A stretch of DNA of 64,000 nucleotides from Eledone cirrhosa. Lineage: Eukaryota. The DNA lies in NCBI GenBank assembly GCA_964016885.1, contig OZ024742.1, positions 375,286,001-375,350,000 on the forward strand. The letters run 5' to 3'. The position numbers and the translations under genes are program-made. This document shows positions 50,864 through 64,000 of this stretch, in pieces. Below the pieces are notes generated by a model. It was not told where the DNA came from. It searched no databases and was given only the letters and a program-made list of their open reading frames with translations. Each line of letters opens with the position of its first letter. The first letter of the stretch is position 1.

Positions 50864-51221
50864 CAGGGTTAGATTTTGACCTTGGTGGGTCTGGAGTATT
50901 AGAATACACAGCAAACACCCCAATTTCACATACAGACTATTAATATAAATACCCTCAACTTCTACATTATATATTGATTGCTTTTTTCTTTCATTTGGGG
51001 CCCCTCTTACACAAAAAATTGGAATACACAGCAAACCCCCCAATTTTACATATGAAAGTTAGCTTGGCACAATTAATTGGAATTGAAAAGTTATACATAC
51101 AAATATTAAATTCAAAAATTTTAACCATCCTAAATCTAAAATGCCTAGCTGAGGGCACATATAAATTGCTATGGACATCTCTGGTGGGGGCCCCCTTTGC
51201 CTCCCATTAAATCTGGCTCTG
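50864..51221. mobile_element. hAT-type MITE
   Basis: TIRs cagggttagattt / aaatctggctctg; 8-bp TSD tctctgat / tttctgat. Related left end at 34051-34155. Confidence 0.75.
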
Positions 51222-51705
51222 TTTCTGATATCAATTACATATTTGAGAAGATGATAAGTTCAAGGATAACTGTGCCAGAGAAACACAGCTTCCATACCAC
51301 TTCCATGAAATTTTAAATGTTTTGAGAGAGGACTAAAACAACAGCTGTCATCTACCTTAACTTTATCAAAGCTGTTGACAGAGTCAACCACATTCTGTTG
51401 AAAAAAGAAAGAAAATAAACTATCCATCATCAGAAACCTACCACAATGAATTGTTACCTGGTAAACAGAACTAAAATATTGTGATTGATGCTTCCATGTG
51501 AGTTCATAAATATCTATCTATATATGTATGTACATACATACATACATATATAGATATATATTTCGGACACTCATTTGCATACTCAATCATAATTTTCTAT
51601 CACCCTCAATAAATCTAATATCTCCACTATCCCGGAAGCTCCAACCGTTAAGGTTGTCTTTTTTCAGGGTATGTCAATATTTATTTATAAAACAAATCTG
51701 TATTG

Positions 51706-51770
51706 TATTTTATCTGATGAAAGCGCACCATAATTTGCCTTGGGGCCCTTGAAATATATATAATAAAATA
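51706..51770 (+). ncRNA. Type I hammerhead ribozyme with a 30-nt stem II
   Basis: tattttat-CTGATGA-aag...ctt-GAAA-tatata-TA-ataaaata. Confidence 0.8.
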
Positions 51771-51784
51771 AATATGGTTTTATA

Positions 51785-54267
51785 AACGCCTACGACAGTA
51801 AAGAAGAACAGATAGAGACATTTAATGTAGAAGAAAACTGGGAGTTCCTAAAAAATAATTTACTAGAGGCGACGGATGAGGTCTGTGGCTGGAGTAAGAC
51901 CTCAAGCAGGAGGAAAGTGACTTGGTGGTGGAACAATAAGGTAGATGAAGCAGTTAAGGCCAAGAGACAGGCATGGAAAGAATGGAAGAACGGGGGGAGC
52001 AGGGTACATTACATAGAGACCAAGAGGGAAGCTAGGCGACAAGTATACTTAGCTAGGAGGGAAGCAGAGGATAGAAAATTCAAGCATGTCTTGCAACGTG
52101 AGGACCAGAAACAGGAGGTATTCAAGATTGCGAGGCAGTGTGTCAGAGATAGTTGTGATGTCATTGGAGAGAAGTGTATCCGGAATGATAAAGGTGAGCT
52201 TGCCCTCACAAGTGCTGAGAAGAAAGATGCATGGAAGAGTCATTATGATAGATTACTAAATGAGGAGAATGCATGGGAAGAAGAGACCCTACCCCAAGTA
52301 GACCCTATAGAGGGACCAGCAGTACAAGTCAGCAGCAGCGTAGTAAGTAAGGCAATCAAAGATGTGAAGATGGGGAAGGCAACCGGTCCATCGGGTATAG
52401 CTGCCAAGATGCTGAAGGCATCTGGGTCTGTAGGTCACACTATAACCACACGTATCGTTAACCAGGTAATACTAGAAGGTGCCATACCAAAAGATTGGTG
52501 CAGTAGCATCATTGTCAACTGCTACAAAGGTAAAGGCGATGCACGAGATAGAGGAAACTATAGAGGTATAAAGTTGATGGACCAGGTCATGAAAGTAACA
52601 GAAAGAGTTATAGCACAGCTGATTAGGGACTGGGTGAAAATAGACGAGATGCAATTTGGGTTTGTACCAGGGAGAGGCACCACTCACTAATGCCCTCTTC
52701 CTTGTGAGGCAATTACAGGAAAAGTACCTAGCTAAAAGTAAGCCACTCTACTTGGCATTTGTCGACCTTGAGAAAGCCTTTGACAGAGTTCCACGTTCTA
52801 TAATCTGGTGGGCTCTTAGAAAACTAGGAGTAGATGAATGGCTTGTAAAAGCGGTACAAGCCATGTATAGGGGAGCAGTCAGCAAAGTTAGGATTAGCAA
52901 TGAGTATAGCGAGGAATTTAGCGTACAGGTTGGGGTCCACCAGGGCTCTGTTCTTAGCCCTCTCCTGTTCATCATAGTCCTGCAGACAATAACGGAGGAG
53001 TTTAAGACCGGATGCCCATGGGAACTCCTGTATGCTGATGACCTCGCACTCATAGCTGAATCTATGGTAGAACTAGAGAATAAATTCCAAACTTGGAAGC
53101 AGGGACTAGAAAGAAAGGGTCTCAAAGTCAACATGACAAAGACTAAGGTCCTTGTAAGTAGACGAGAAAACAGAACCCAGATCCCCTCAGGGAAATGGCC
53201 TTGCTCAGTATGTAGGAAAGGTGTAGGTAGGAACTCCATTCTCTGCCCCAAATGCAAACAATGGGTACACAAGAGATGTAGCGGGATCTCAGGAAGCTTA
53301 ATTAAGAATGTAGGATTCACATGCAGCAGCTGTGCTGATGCAGCAAACAGCCACAGGAAACAAGTACCACCAATCTCTGGGAGGGCCCTGTAGAAACAGT
53401 AGACAGCTTCTGCTACCTAGGTGACCGAATTAGCAGCGGAGGTGGGTGTTCAGAAAGTACAATAACTAGGGTAAGAACGGGATGGAAGAAGTTTAGGGAA
53501 CTACTACCACTGCTAGCTGCAAAAGGCTTCTCCCTCAGAATGAAAGGCAGACACTATGTTGCATGGTAGTGAGACCTGGGCACTGAAGGTGGAAGACTTA
53601 CGTAGATTAGAGAGAAACGAAGCCTGCATGCTCCGATGGATGTGTAACAGTAATATACGTGAACGACAAAGCATAAATGAATTGTGAGAGAGACTGAGCA
53701 TAAGAGGAATCAAATGCTGTGTGCAGGAGAGGCAGTTGCGCTGGTATGGACATCTGATGCATATGAAGGATGACAGCTGCATAAAAAGGTGCAGAGCACT
53801 AGAAGTTGATGGAAACCGCGGAGTGGGGAGACCCAAGATGACCTGGGATGAGGTGATAAAAGCCGACCTTACCCAATTACACCTCTCAAAGACAATGACA
53901 CACGACCGTGACTTCTGGCGTCACGCAGTAATACAGAATACCCAACCTCCCATGGGTACAAGCCGAAGCATATAGACAATATGCCCCCACACCCCCCACC
54001 GCAAGGTGGTCGTGGAGGTGCCACGGCAAAAAAGCACCCAGCCCACACTGTAAAGTGGACGTGTAGGCGCCACGAAAAAGCACCCAGCCCTCACTGTAAA
54101 TGAGGTTGGTGTTAGGAAGGGCATCCAGCTGTAGAAATCAAGCCAGATCAGTTCCTGTATGAGCAAGGCATGGTCAGCCGACCAGACACTGCCCACAACA
54201 GGACAACCCGTCTAACCCATGCTAGCGTGGAAGAACGGACGTAAAGCGGTGATGATGATGATGATGA
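51785..54267 (+). mobile_element. 5'-truncated second copy of the RTE LINE, with frameshifts and a stop
   Basis: ORFs 51917-52690, 52656-53393 and 53721-53975 nearly match the 38.4-40.9 kb copy; (gat)n tail. Confidence 0.95.
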
Positions 54268-54295
54268 AATATAGTTTCCTTTTGTTAATATATTG

Positions 54296-54333
<38 letters not shown>

Positions 54334-56470
54334 ATGGGGGGGGGGAAAGGGGAGTGCGATGAGTTCTGGGCCTAAGGCATAGCAGTGTTGGGGTTGCACT
54401 TTGCGGACAAGACTGCAAAAGAATTTCCATGGACAATGGCCAGTGACACTCGCTGCAACAGCCTGCCCAGCTCGTGGGGGTCCTTCCTCAGACAGGCTGC
54501 TGACGTTCTGATCTTGCACAGGAGCTTGGCAGTATGGGTTCCGAGTACGCCTGAGATTTTCGCTAGATTGATTTTTTATTCTCTTTTCTTTATCCCTTTT
54601 TTTTTATACCAACCCACATGAAAGCATCTCTGGTTTTACAATACAAAAGTGTTTATTTTAAAGTGTTTATATTTATCTAAAACTTTCTATGATAATTTTA
54701 TTTTAGAATCTTTCTTATATTTTAAATACCAACTTACTAATGACAGCTCCAATACTATGGGCATGTGGTTAGAATGTCCCAAGAGACCCAGGGGTAGACT
54801 CCGAGCAAATGGTTGGATAACATTCATGAGCTTGGCTGGTCTTGCTTGAGGATCCAGCTGGATCAATTGGAGATGGTTGCTTCTGACAGGACCCACTGGA
54901 GGGAGTGTTTGAGGACTCTGCCTCCATGACTCTCTCAAGAATAAGTGGGAGAAGAAAAGAAGAACTTACTAATGAGAACTAATGAGAAAGTTAGTTATTT
55001 TACTAAATCCCTTCAAGTTAATAATAATAATGAAATTATTGTGTACAGAGCTCAGGTGCACTACAACAAAAGTTGTTGATTATTTTCAAAATTAGTTGTG
55101 AGCAATAGGCAGTGTTGAGTTTTTCATGAAATATTTTGTAACAAAAAGGGTTAATCCTTTGAAGTTTGATAAAATAAGATATAACTTCTCTTTTATCATC
55201 AGACTTCACATTCATCATATCTAGTACATATGTGTGTGTGTATATATAGATCTGTGTGTGTGTGTGATATGTGTAAGAGTGTGTGTGTATGTGTGTGTTT
55301 ATGCTTATGTCTATGCAATGAACTTGTGTGATATGTGGGACAATGTGTATGTGTGTGTGTGTGCATGAGCATGTAATGTCTGTGTGCTGTGTATGTGTAT
55401 ATGTGAGTGTTTGTTCATCATATGTGTATATGATGAGTATGCAGTTATGTGTGATGTGTGTATGTGTATAGGAGTATGTGCCTGTGTGTATGTAGTGTCT
55501 GTGTGCTGTGTATATGTATGTTTGTGTGAGTGTGTGTCCATCATGTCTGTATATGATGTGCATGCAGTTATGTATGATGTGTGTATGTATGTGTGTGTTT
55601 TTGCATGTGTATGTAGTGCATGTTTATAGTGTGCGTATATATGTGAGTGTCTGTTCATCGTGTGTGTGTGTATATGATAAAAGAAAGACAGGGTGTGATG
55701 CTGGAGGATGGAGAGGTATGTAATGTGTAAATCAGTCATTTATCTCAGCTTGTTATGCAATGACAATAGGAGAGATGCGAATATTGATTCTAAAATTTGT
55801 ATTAAATAATCCAGTGAAGATATTTAAATAGGGACAGGGTAGCGTAGGATAGGAGCTTGACTGCTGAAGTAACTTCAACTGTGATTGCACTCAAATGTAC
55901 ACAACGATGCTCCACCACCTCAACCCTACACCCGATCTCTCTCTCTCTGGCACAAGTTAATAACAGAGACAAGCAATCAAATTGTAAACTTCTTACTTAA
56001 AGTGTAAATTGTCAGTGAATTAGATAAGACGTTGAATTTGGCAGATTATTGTAGTAACTGTTGTTGCTGTTGTTGTTGTTGTTGTTTTTTCATCCTCATG
56101 ATCATCATCATTATCATCATTACCATCATAATATATTAGTATTATCATTATTATTATCATTATTATTGTTATTATTATGACTAGTTCAAGATAGGTGGTG
56201 GTATAAGGTGGCAGTGGTAAATGAGTGATAGCAATGTATGAGGTGGAGGAAGGGGGAAGAGGTAGCATAGTGTGGAAGAGAAGAAGGAGATGGTGGTGGC
56301 AGTGGTAGAAATGTCTTTGATTGTTTCTCAATTCTTAGTAATTGTTCATCAGTGTCAGTATTATCCCTGTAACATTTTATACTTGGAAGTTAACAACATT
56401 GTTTCCAAAGGCCTCACTGTGGCCTTGGGAGTGATATATGTGTACGTATGTATGTACGGATGTATGTAAG

Positions 56471-56501
<31 letters not shown>

Positions 56502-56591
56502 GCATGTATGCATGCAGGTATGTATATATGTATATATATATAGTTAAATTTCCCTGCTGACACATATACATATGTACACACAGACACACAC

Positions 56592-56662
<71 letters not shown>

Positions 56663-56898
56663 CCTACACACACACACACACATATATACATATATATAAA
56701 TATATATATGTATATATACATACATACATATATATATGCTGTATACATACATACATATATATATGCTGTATACTTACATATAGGCATATCTATATACTAG
56801 TGAAACAGACTACTACATGTCTACAGATTTATGAATTGTGAATTTTGAAAGCCTGGGTTAAAAGAGGATGTAGATTTTCGAGAATTAAGAGTAAATTT

Positions 56899-57148
56899 CC
56901 ATCTGTGTAGGAAATGTAGATAAATTGTATGATCTCTCTACAGACAAGATGTTGGTGTGGTGGTGGTGGTCCATTTGTGTAGGAAATGTAGATAAATTGT
57001 ATGATCTCTCTACAGACAAGATGTTGGTGTGGTGGTGGTGGTCCATTTGTGTAGGAAATGTAGATAAATTGTATGATCTCTCTACAGACAAGATGTTGGT
57101 GTGGTGGTCTCTCTACAGACAAGATGTTGGTGTGGTGGTGGTGGTGGC
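56899..57148. repeat. 72-bp tandem repeat, about 3.4 copies
   Basis: Starts at 56899, 56971 and 57043. Confidence 0.92.
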
Positions 57149-58203
57149 ATGATTTGAGAAGTCAAAGATAGAGACTAACAATTGCTGATGTAATGACCTT
57201 CTTGACTTTTTCTAAGCCTCAGCAGCAATGGTGTGGCTTGCTTAATCTGTAGTTATTATATAAAGTGGAGTGTAAAGGATCTTTAGTTGTTTAGCAAAAG
57301 GGTGCATGAAGTTAGTTTGGTTTAGCAGAATTTATCCAGACAGTTGGCTGGTTGTCTGGTTATTGGTTATAGTGTCAGTCATATTGTTGTGTTAGGTAGA
57401 CTGAAGGAAGTTATTGGGAGTGGTATGGTAGTGATTGGATGGCAGATGTAGTGATTCAAAAAGAATATTTGATGAACAGACAGGCACATACACATACATT
57501 ATATCATTATCATCATCATCAACATTCCTTAATGCCTATTTTCCCAGCTACCAAGGGTTGGACAGGCTGTCAACAGACCAAGTCAGTAATCAAGCTGAGC
57601 AACTGTCTTTTCAGATGTGTTAAAGGCCTGCATTTCACTTACATACATTCCTGAACTCTACCAAGTGTATTTTATTGTGGCACCAGTATTAGAGAATTTG
57701 TTGTCTTTGACACAACTGAAGAGTCCTCCCAACTTTTTGTTTGACAAGTTTTCTATGGCTGGATGCCCTTCCTATCATCAACCATTTTAGTGAGTGTCCT
57801 GGGTGCACTTATCATGTAGATCTCCAACACTAGAGATGTCATGTGTTTGAGACAACTGGCAAGGTCTCATGATCCTGTTTCAGGATAGTCTCTATATGAA
57901 GATGCTTTTCCTTTCAACATCCACATTACAGGGTGCACCGTGTGCATTATTCATGGCACCAGCACTAGAGAGGTTATTGGATGGGTGAGGGAGATTGGTG
58001 TGAGGTATCATGGATGTATGACAAGTGTAGTGATTTGGTGGGAGTTTACACGGTAATGTTAACATAGGAGGCACTGGGAGGACAATAGCTACTAAGTTGT
58101 TTTGATTGGTGTGTCAGGGTTTTGTGTGTGTGAGAAAGAACTAGAAAGAGAAGTAGAGAGAAATAGGAAGAGTGGTAGAGAGAAATAGGAAGAATGAAAT
58201 AGT

Positions 58204-58234
<31 letters not shown>

Positions 58235-58242
58235 TAGAGAGG

Positions 58243-58275
<33 letters not shown>

Positions 58276-58284
58276 ATAGAGAGG

Positions 58285-58316
<32 letters not shown>

Positions 58317-58715
58317 TATATATATATAGAGAGAGAAAGAGTGTATGTGCATTTGTGTGGGTGTATGTGTATGTGTGTATGTGCATGTGTGTATGTGCAT
58401 GTATGTGGATGTGTGTGCATGTGTGAAACAGTATGTGCATGTGTGCATGTGCATGTGTGAAAGAGATGAAGGAGAGTGATAGAAAGAGAGTAAGGTGTTC
58501 TGATCTCTAGAAAGTAGACAGGGTGTTATAGAAATCAATCAATTTTTAGAAATCAATCTCGTATAAATTGGTAAGATTGGTGTTTATATAATTAGTGTGT
58601 TGTGTTGTAGCTCTGTTGGTTCCTATGTCAATGGAGTAACCTGCTAATGAAATTAATATGTAAGTGGTTCAACATTCCACAAGCACGTGTACTCTGTGGT
58701 TGGCTTTTTAAATTA

Positions 58716-59231
58716 CCATATATGCCAGCGTACAAGTTGATCTGGCACATAGGTCGACTCCTATAATTCTGAGGTGTAATTCAGGTTTAGGGCTATATTC
58801 GCTGGATAAGACGACCCCCGCAAAAATAAGGCAGTTGCAGAGGAAATAATTCAAAAAATTTACTGGCTTGCTAAAGGCTAAAACACTTCTAAAACACCTG
58901 TCGCAAGTGAGTTCTAACTCATTGAGTAAACCGGCCTAACCTAACCTTAACAAATCTATGGTAACCTACCCTATGAGCTACAGCAATACATTGATATTAT
59001 TATAATATCTATGTTAAATAGACTTAACAAATAGGAGATTCAGTAGGAAATGATTGTGGTGGGCTGCTAGAGTTAGGGTAAATGGTGTACAACAAGTGTT
59101 AGGCAGGCAGTTTCATTGTTTACTCCTCAGTGGTAAAGGTTCACATTTTATATTCGGCGGACAAGTCGACTCCTGGTTTTGGAGAGATATTTTTAAGCTC
59201 CAAATGTCGACTTGTATGCCGGCATATACGG
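58716..59231. mobile_element. Tc2/pogo-type MITE with TA TSD
   Basis: TA|ccatatatgccagcgtacaagttga ... tcgacttgtatgccggcatatacgg|TA. Confidence 0.8.
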
Positions 59232-59940
59232 TATCATTTTTGTCAGTTGAGTTAACTGTGACTGAAACAATGTGAAATAAAGTGTCTTGCTCAAGAACAT
59301 AATGTACCACCAGGAATCCAACTAACAACCTTACAATTGTGAGCTGAACTAAGACATTTGCCTTAGCTTAGTGAACCAAAAAATATTCTTGAGAGGGTCA
59401 TGGGGGCAGAGTCCTCAAACACTCCTTCCAGTGGGTCCTGTCAGAAGCAAATATCTCCAACTGATCCAGCTGGATCCCCAAGTGAGACCACCCAAGCTCA
59501 TAGATGTTACTGAACTATCTGGTTCAGAGTTTACCCCTGGGTCTCCTGCCGATTGGTTTTGCCTATAAAATTTGTCCAGCAATTCTTTCCTGAGACATTC
59601 AAACCACATGCCCATAAAATCATAGCTGTGATCTCTCAATTCGAAGAAGTAGCAGCTCTACCTGGAGTGACTCTCTAGCAGAATACTCTGTATTGCCCAA
59701 GTTGAAAAGTATCTATAAATGTACTGGAACTGTTCTTAGAGAAGGTGTATTCAGTCTAATACAACACTAAGGGATTTCTCTGGAAAGGTTAGCTTTCACT
59801 TAAGAAATTAATTTTTTTCCAAAATGCTTAGAGCATTCCGATAGTTATAAGGTGGTGTGTGATAGGAAGGGCATACAGCTGTAAAAACTCTGCCAAACAA
59901 ATGGAAACAACAATTGCAGCATTTCTTATGATACTAAATA

Positions 59941-60138
59941 CGAGGATTAGCTGAGAAGTTCATTCACTGACCAAGATACTCTCATGGAATAACCTAATAA
60001 AGTTTATTTTTCAACATAGTCCCTGGAAAAAAACAATGCAGTTATTAATAAGAAGAGTTGAAATTAATGCATGCAAGATTTCACAGCTTTGGCATCACTC
60101 CTTCATAGTCAATCTATGAACTTTTCAGCTCAACCTCA
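59941..60138. mobile_element. Mariner-type MITE with TA TSD
   Basis: TA|cgaggattagctgagaagttcat ... atgaacttttcagctcaacctca|TA. Confidence 0.8.
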
Positions 60139-61549
60139 TAGTTATTTATCTTTTATTAATGAAGAGTGTAAAACAGAGTATTTAATATTTGTTTTAAAAG
60201 AACGACAGCCAGAGATTTTACTAGAAATGTTTAATATAATATTTGCAAACAAATGAATAGAAATGTATAAATGGAATTACTTTTTCACAGATTATTAAAA
60301 CTTTAAATATTTAACATATAGAAATCTATTTTGCCCATAGCATTTAGAATGCTAACTGTAATAATAAAACTAATGAAAGTAAAAGACTTGAATATTTTGT
60401 TGAGAAGTGTGCTGATATTTTGTTTTCTGATAACCCTGAAAGTAACGATGACTGCATTATTTCTTTTGATATCAACCCACCTAAACTGCCTCTGGTTCTA
60501 TGAAACATAAATATCCATTTTAAAGGGTCCTTATTTAAATTTAAAACATTTAACATAATTTTATATAAGAACCATATGTTAAGTTACTATCTTAGTAATG
60601 AAATAATTAATAATTTTACTAAATCCTTCCAAATTTGTCATTAATTAATTGAAATAGAGTGTATTTCATTAGAAATATGGTCACGAAAGGGTTATATAGT
60701 AACTAAGTGACAGGAATACCTAATGACAATACAAGCTGGCATATTTCTTTCTCTGAGAGTGAACTGTGAGGATTCTTTCAATAGACATTCTGTCCTCATG
60801 TTCTTGACATTTTCTTGGCTATGCTACTAAAGCTTCTTGGTGAATGGTTCCTTTTCTCTTCAAGTCAAAATTATGTCTCATTTTAGGTTTGTTTTTGTTG
60901 CACAATTCAACGTGTAACAGAAGCAAATGACTGCTAAATGATAGTAAGTCTTCTTTAGCAGTCAGTTTGATGTGAACACTTGTGTGTGGAGTAACAGTTT
61001 TAGGTGTTCCTGACAGCATCAACTGAAGCTAATGATTAAACATGGCTGACTAATCAAAAGCAAAATAAGGATATTTAAAGAATATTTGTGTCAGATAAAA
61101 GTAGTTACAAAATAAAAAAAAAAAAAAAAAAAGAAAAGAGAAAAAAGAAAAAGATAAATGGCAAAAAATGAAGCATTGGTCTTTGTATTTTCTTTTGAAT
61201 AACTTGGAAACCATTTGATTATAATCAACGTTTGCACCTTAGGTATGATTGTAGTGTAACTATTCTTTTTATTTTTAACTAACTAGCTTACTATGTATCG
61301 TCATCATCATCAGCATAAGAAATTATTTTCCAAAATGTTTTTATAGCATTCTAGTGACTGCATAGCTACTGGAATGTTCTAAAAATTTTGGAAAAAAAAA
61401 AATTGATTTCTTCAGTGAAAGCTAACCTTTCCAGAGAAATCCCCTGAATATACCTTCTCTAAAAACAATTCCGGTACATTTATAGGTACTTTTCAGCTTG
61501 GGCACTGTTAAATGATGATTATGATTATGATGATGATGATAATGATATG

Positions 61550-61588
<39 letters not shown>

Positions 61589-62134
61589 CATAATGATAAT
61601 AATAATTTAATATCTGTTTCCCCTATTATCAAGGGTTCGATGGGTTATCTCAGACCAAGTCAGAATTTAGTTGGGCCTACTGACTCTATACAAACATATA
61701 TATATAAACCCATGCAAGCGTGGAAGATGGCCGTTAAACGATGATGATGATGATAAACATTAACTCTGAAGAGTTCATCTGCCCAAAGGATGTCCAAAAG
61801 TCCCCCACCCTGCATAAATGCAGGGTGGGGGATTTTAATCAGTTTAGTCAATGACGGACCAAACATATATACAAATGGGAGGAAAAAATATTCAATATGT
61901 AGAGTTTAATAAAAGTAGATGGAGAAACTGTCGCTAATACTACTAGCGATGATTAGTCGACTAACAACTCAACAGCCACTACTACAACAACAACAACATA
62001 AATTACCACAACAGTAGTAACAACATATATGATAATGACAGTAGTAAAAAAGGTAACAACAAGAGAAGCAACAACATCAACAACAGTAACAACATATACA
62101 TAGCACAGGAAATATTTAAACAAGGACAATAATG

Positions 62135-62355
62135 ATTTCTAGTACAGGCACAAGGCCAGTAATTTTTGGGGGGAAGGGGAAAGTCGATTCAATCAACCCT
62201 ATTACATTACTGGTGCTTTATTTTATCGATCCTGTAAGGATGAAAGGCAAAAGTTAACCTCGGCGGGATTTGAAATCAGACCGTAAAGGGCCGTAACTCT
62301 ATGCTGCAAAGCATGGTGTCCGACTCTCTACCGATACTGCCAATCCACCGCCCTA
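62135..62355 (-). mobile_element. Near full-length MetaSINE-like copy (others at 63560-63760 and 63890-64000)
   Basis: tRNA-like head ending gttc/tttcaaatccc, plus core and tail. Confidence 0.85.
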
Positions 62356-62419
62356 AACAACGACAATAATAATAAAGCTACGGGTGAGACTTCTATGTCA
62401 TCTAAATTGAATGGAAGGA

Positions 62420-63520
62420 ATAAGATGAATTTAATGAATACCTGGGCTACATCTCTCATGTGGTATGGGGTAAGAGTTATTAAAAGGGGGGAAAGATGAA
62501 TTGGGAAGTATTGATAGAAAACTAGGAAATTGATGACAGTGCATAAAGAACTCCACAGTAAGAGAGATGTCGCCAAGATGTTATGTTGGAAGAAAGAAAG
62601 GAGGTAGAGTATTAATAAGATGTGAAAATTGTGTCAAAAGGGAAGAAAACAACCTACCTTGGTACCTTAAACATGTAAGGGGTAACATTTCAAAAGTAAG
62701 AGACTTTGACACATTGAAATCAGCTGATGCTGTAGTACCTAACGAATGCAAGAAGAGAGTGAAATAAGAACTTGAAAAGGAATGGAAGGATAAATGTATT
62801 GCATGGACAATACACTAGAGATAAAGAAGGCATTGGTTAGGAAAAGAACTGGCCTTGGCTGAAAATGGCGATCTAGATTAAACATCATGTTGACAAAACG
62901 ATAAAATTACTATTAAATAAAATTGTGGAACAAAGGAAAAATGGTTGGCAATATTATAAGTGGATATATTAAGTTGGGACAGTGAGATTATAAGGATAAT
63001 GTTGTTAGATATATCCATTGGATGATATCTGAGAAATGTGGGTTTGTCAGAGCAACTAAATGGTATGAGAAGAGACCAGAAGGGGTGTTAGAGAAGGATG
63101 AATTTAAGCTTTTGTGGGACTTTACCATTCAATGCCATATAATGATGGGGCAAGAAGGTCAGGCATTTTAATTGTGAACAAGAAAAAAAAAAAGAGTCCT
63201 AAATTTTCGATATATCTGTCCCAGAAGATAGAAGAGTGAAGGATAAAGAGTACGAAAAGATGGAGAAGTATGAGTCACTGAGGGAGGAGGTTGGGAAGTT
63301 GTGGTGGATGAAGAAAGTTTTAGTGATTCCAGTGGTGATCGGACAGTTTTGAGGACTGTGGCAATAAAATAAGAATTGATGCAAGATTACAGGCATGCAG
63401 AAGACTGCACTTCTTAGAACAACAAGGATTTTAAGGAAAGTCTTGTCTATGTAAGACACGAGAAGATAGTTTTATCAGCTTGTTGTTGATTGCTCCATAA
63501 CTGAAATATCCAGATGGTTT
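62420..63520 (+). mobile_element. Degenerate R4/Dong-like non-LTR element, restriction-like endonuclease end
   Basis: DNVVRYIHW, LWDFTIQC, DISVPEDRRVKDKEYEKMEKYESL, VIPVVIG remnants. Confidence 0.75.
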
Positions 63521-64000
63521 AACGTCTAAGTGTTTGAAATTCATAAAAATGAACTATAATATTTGTTTCTGATTTAGGAACAAAGCCAACAATATTTGGG
63601 GAGGGGCAAGTCGATTAAATCGTCCCCTGTGAGTTACTGGTACTTTATTTTAGCAACCCAGTAAGTATGAAAGACAAAGCTAAGCTAGGAAGGATTTGAA
63701 CTAAGAACGTAAAAGTACGTAATTATATGTCACAAAACATGTTGCCCGACGCTCTACCGGCTTTTGCGTCCACAACTATAACGGCATATGTTTGGTGGTC
63801 AGACTAAATCACCACATATCGGAAACGTTTGTCATCTGATACTGCGCCCGCTATTGTGTACTTTGGTTGATGCTGTACAAAAGAGGGGTGCTTTATTTTA
63901 TTGACTCCATAAGGATGAAAGACAAAGCTAAACTCGGCGGGATTTGAATTCAGAACGTAATGGACCGTAACTAAATGTCACTAAGCATTTTGTGCGACGC

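Noticed and set aside
55036-58538. His/Thr/Tyr/Ile/Cys-rich ORFs (also at 10261-10603, 13737-13951, 33550-33836, 45244-45547)
   Set aside because: Translations of (TA)n, (CA)n, (GA)n and pentanucleotide microsatellites.

Overview
AT-rich, repeat-dense eukaryotic genomic DNA. The SINE, LINE and microsatellite content suggests a cephalopod, probably Octopus (inference). No intact host protein-coding gene could be supported. The window holds: a higher-order ~1.4 kb satellite (1-4.8 kb); a hexamer-derived low-complexity tract; four Penelope-like element (PLE) remnants; two copies of an RTE-clade LINE with a PHD-like finger inside the RT region; a decayed DD37D (maT) transposase; an R4/Dong-type LINE fragment; many MetaSINE-like and RTE-tailed SINEs; piggyBac-, hAT-, Tc2/pogo- and mariner-type MITEs; and a 3.9 kb 35-bp minisatellite. 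Main observations: (i) ten type I hammerhead ribozyme motifs (seven with an intact core, three degenerate), mostly with a palindromic stem III and with stem II ranging from 12 to ~137 nt; (ii) a 1.8 kb foldback palindrome whose arms each carry the first coding exon of an RMND5/GID2-like gene; (iii) an identical frameshifting lesion in both RTE copies; (iv) a CpG-rich promoter-like island containing a ~150 bp hairpin. All calls were made by eye and coordinates of degenerate elements are approximate.
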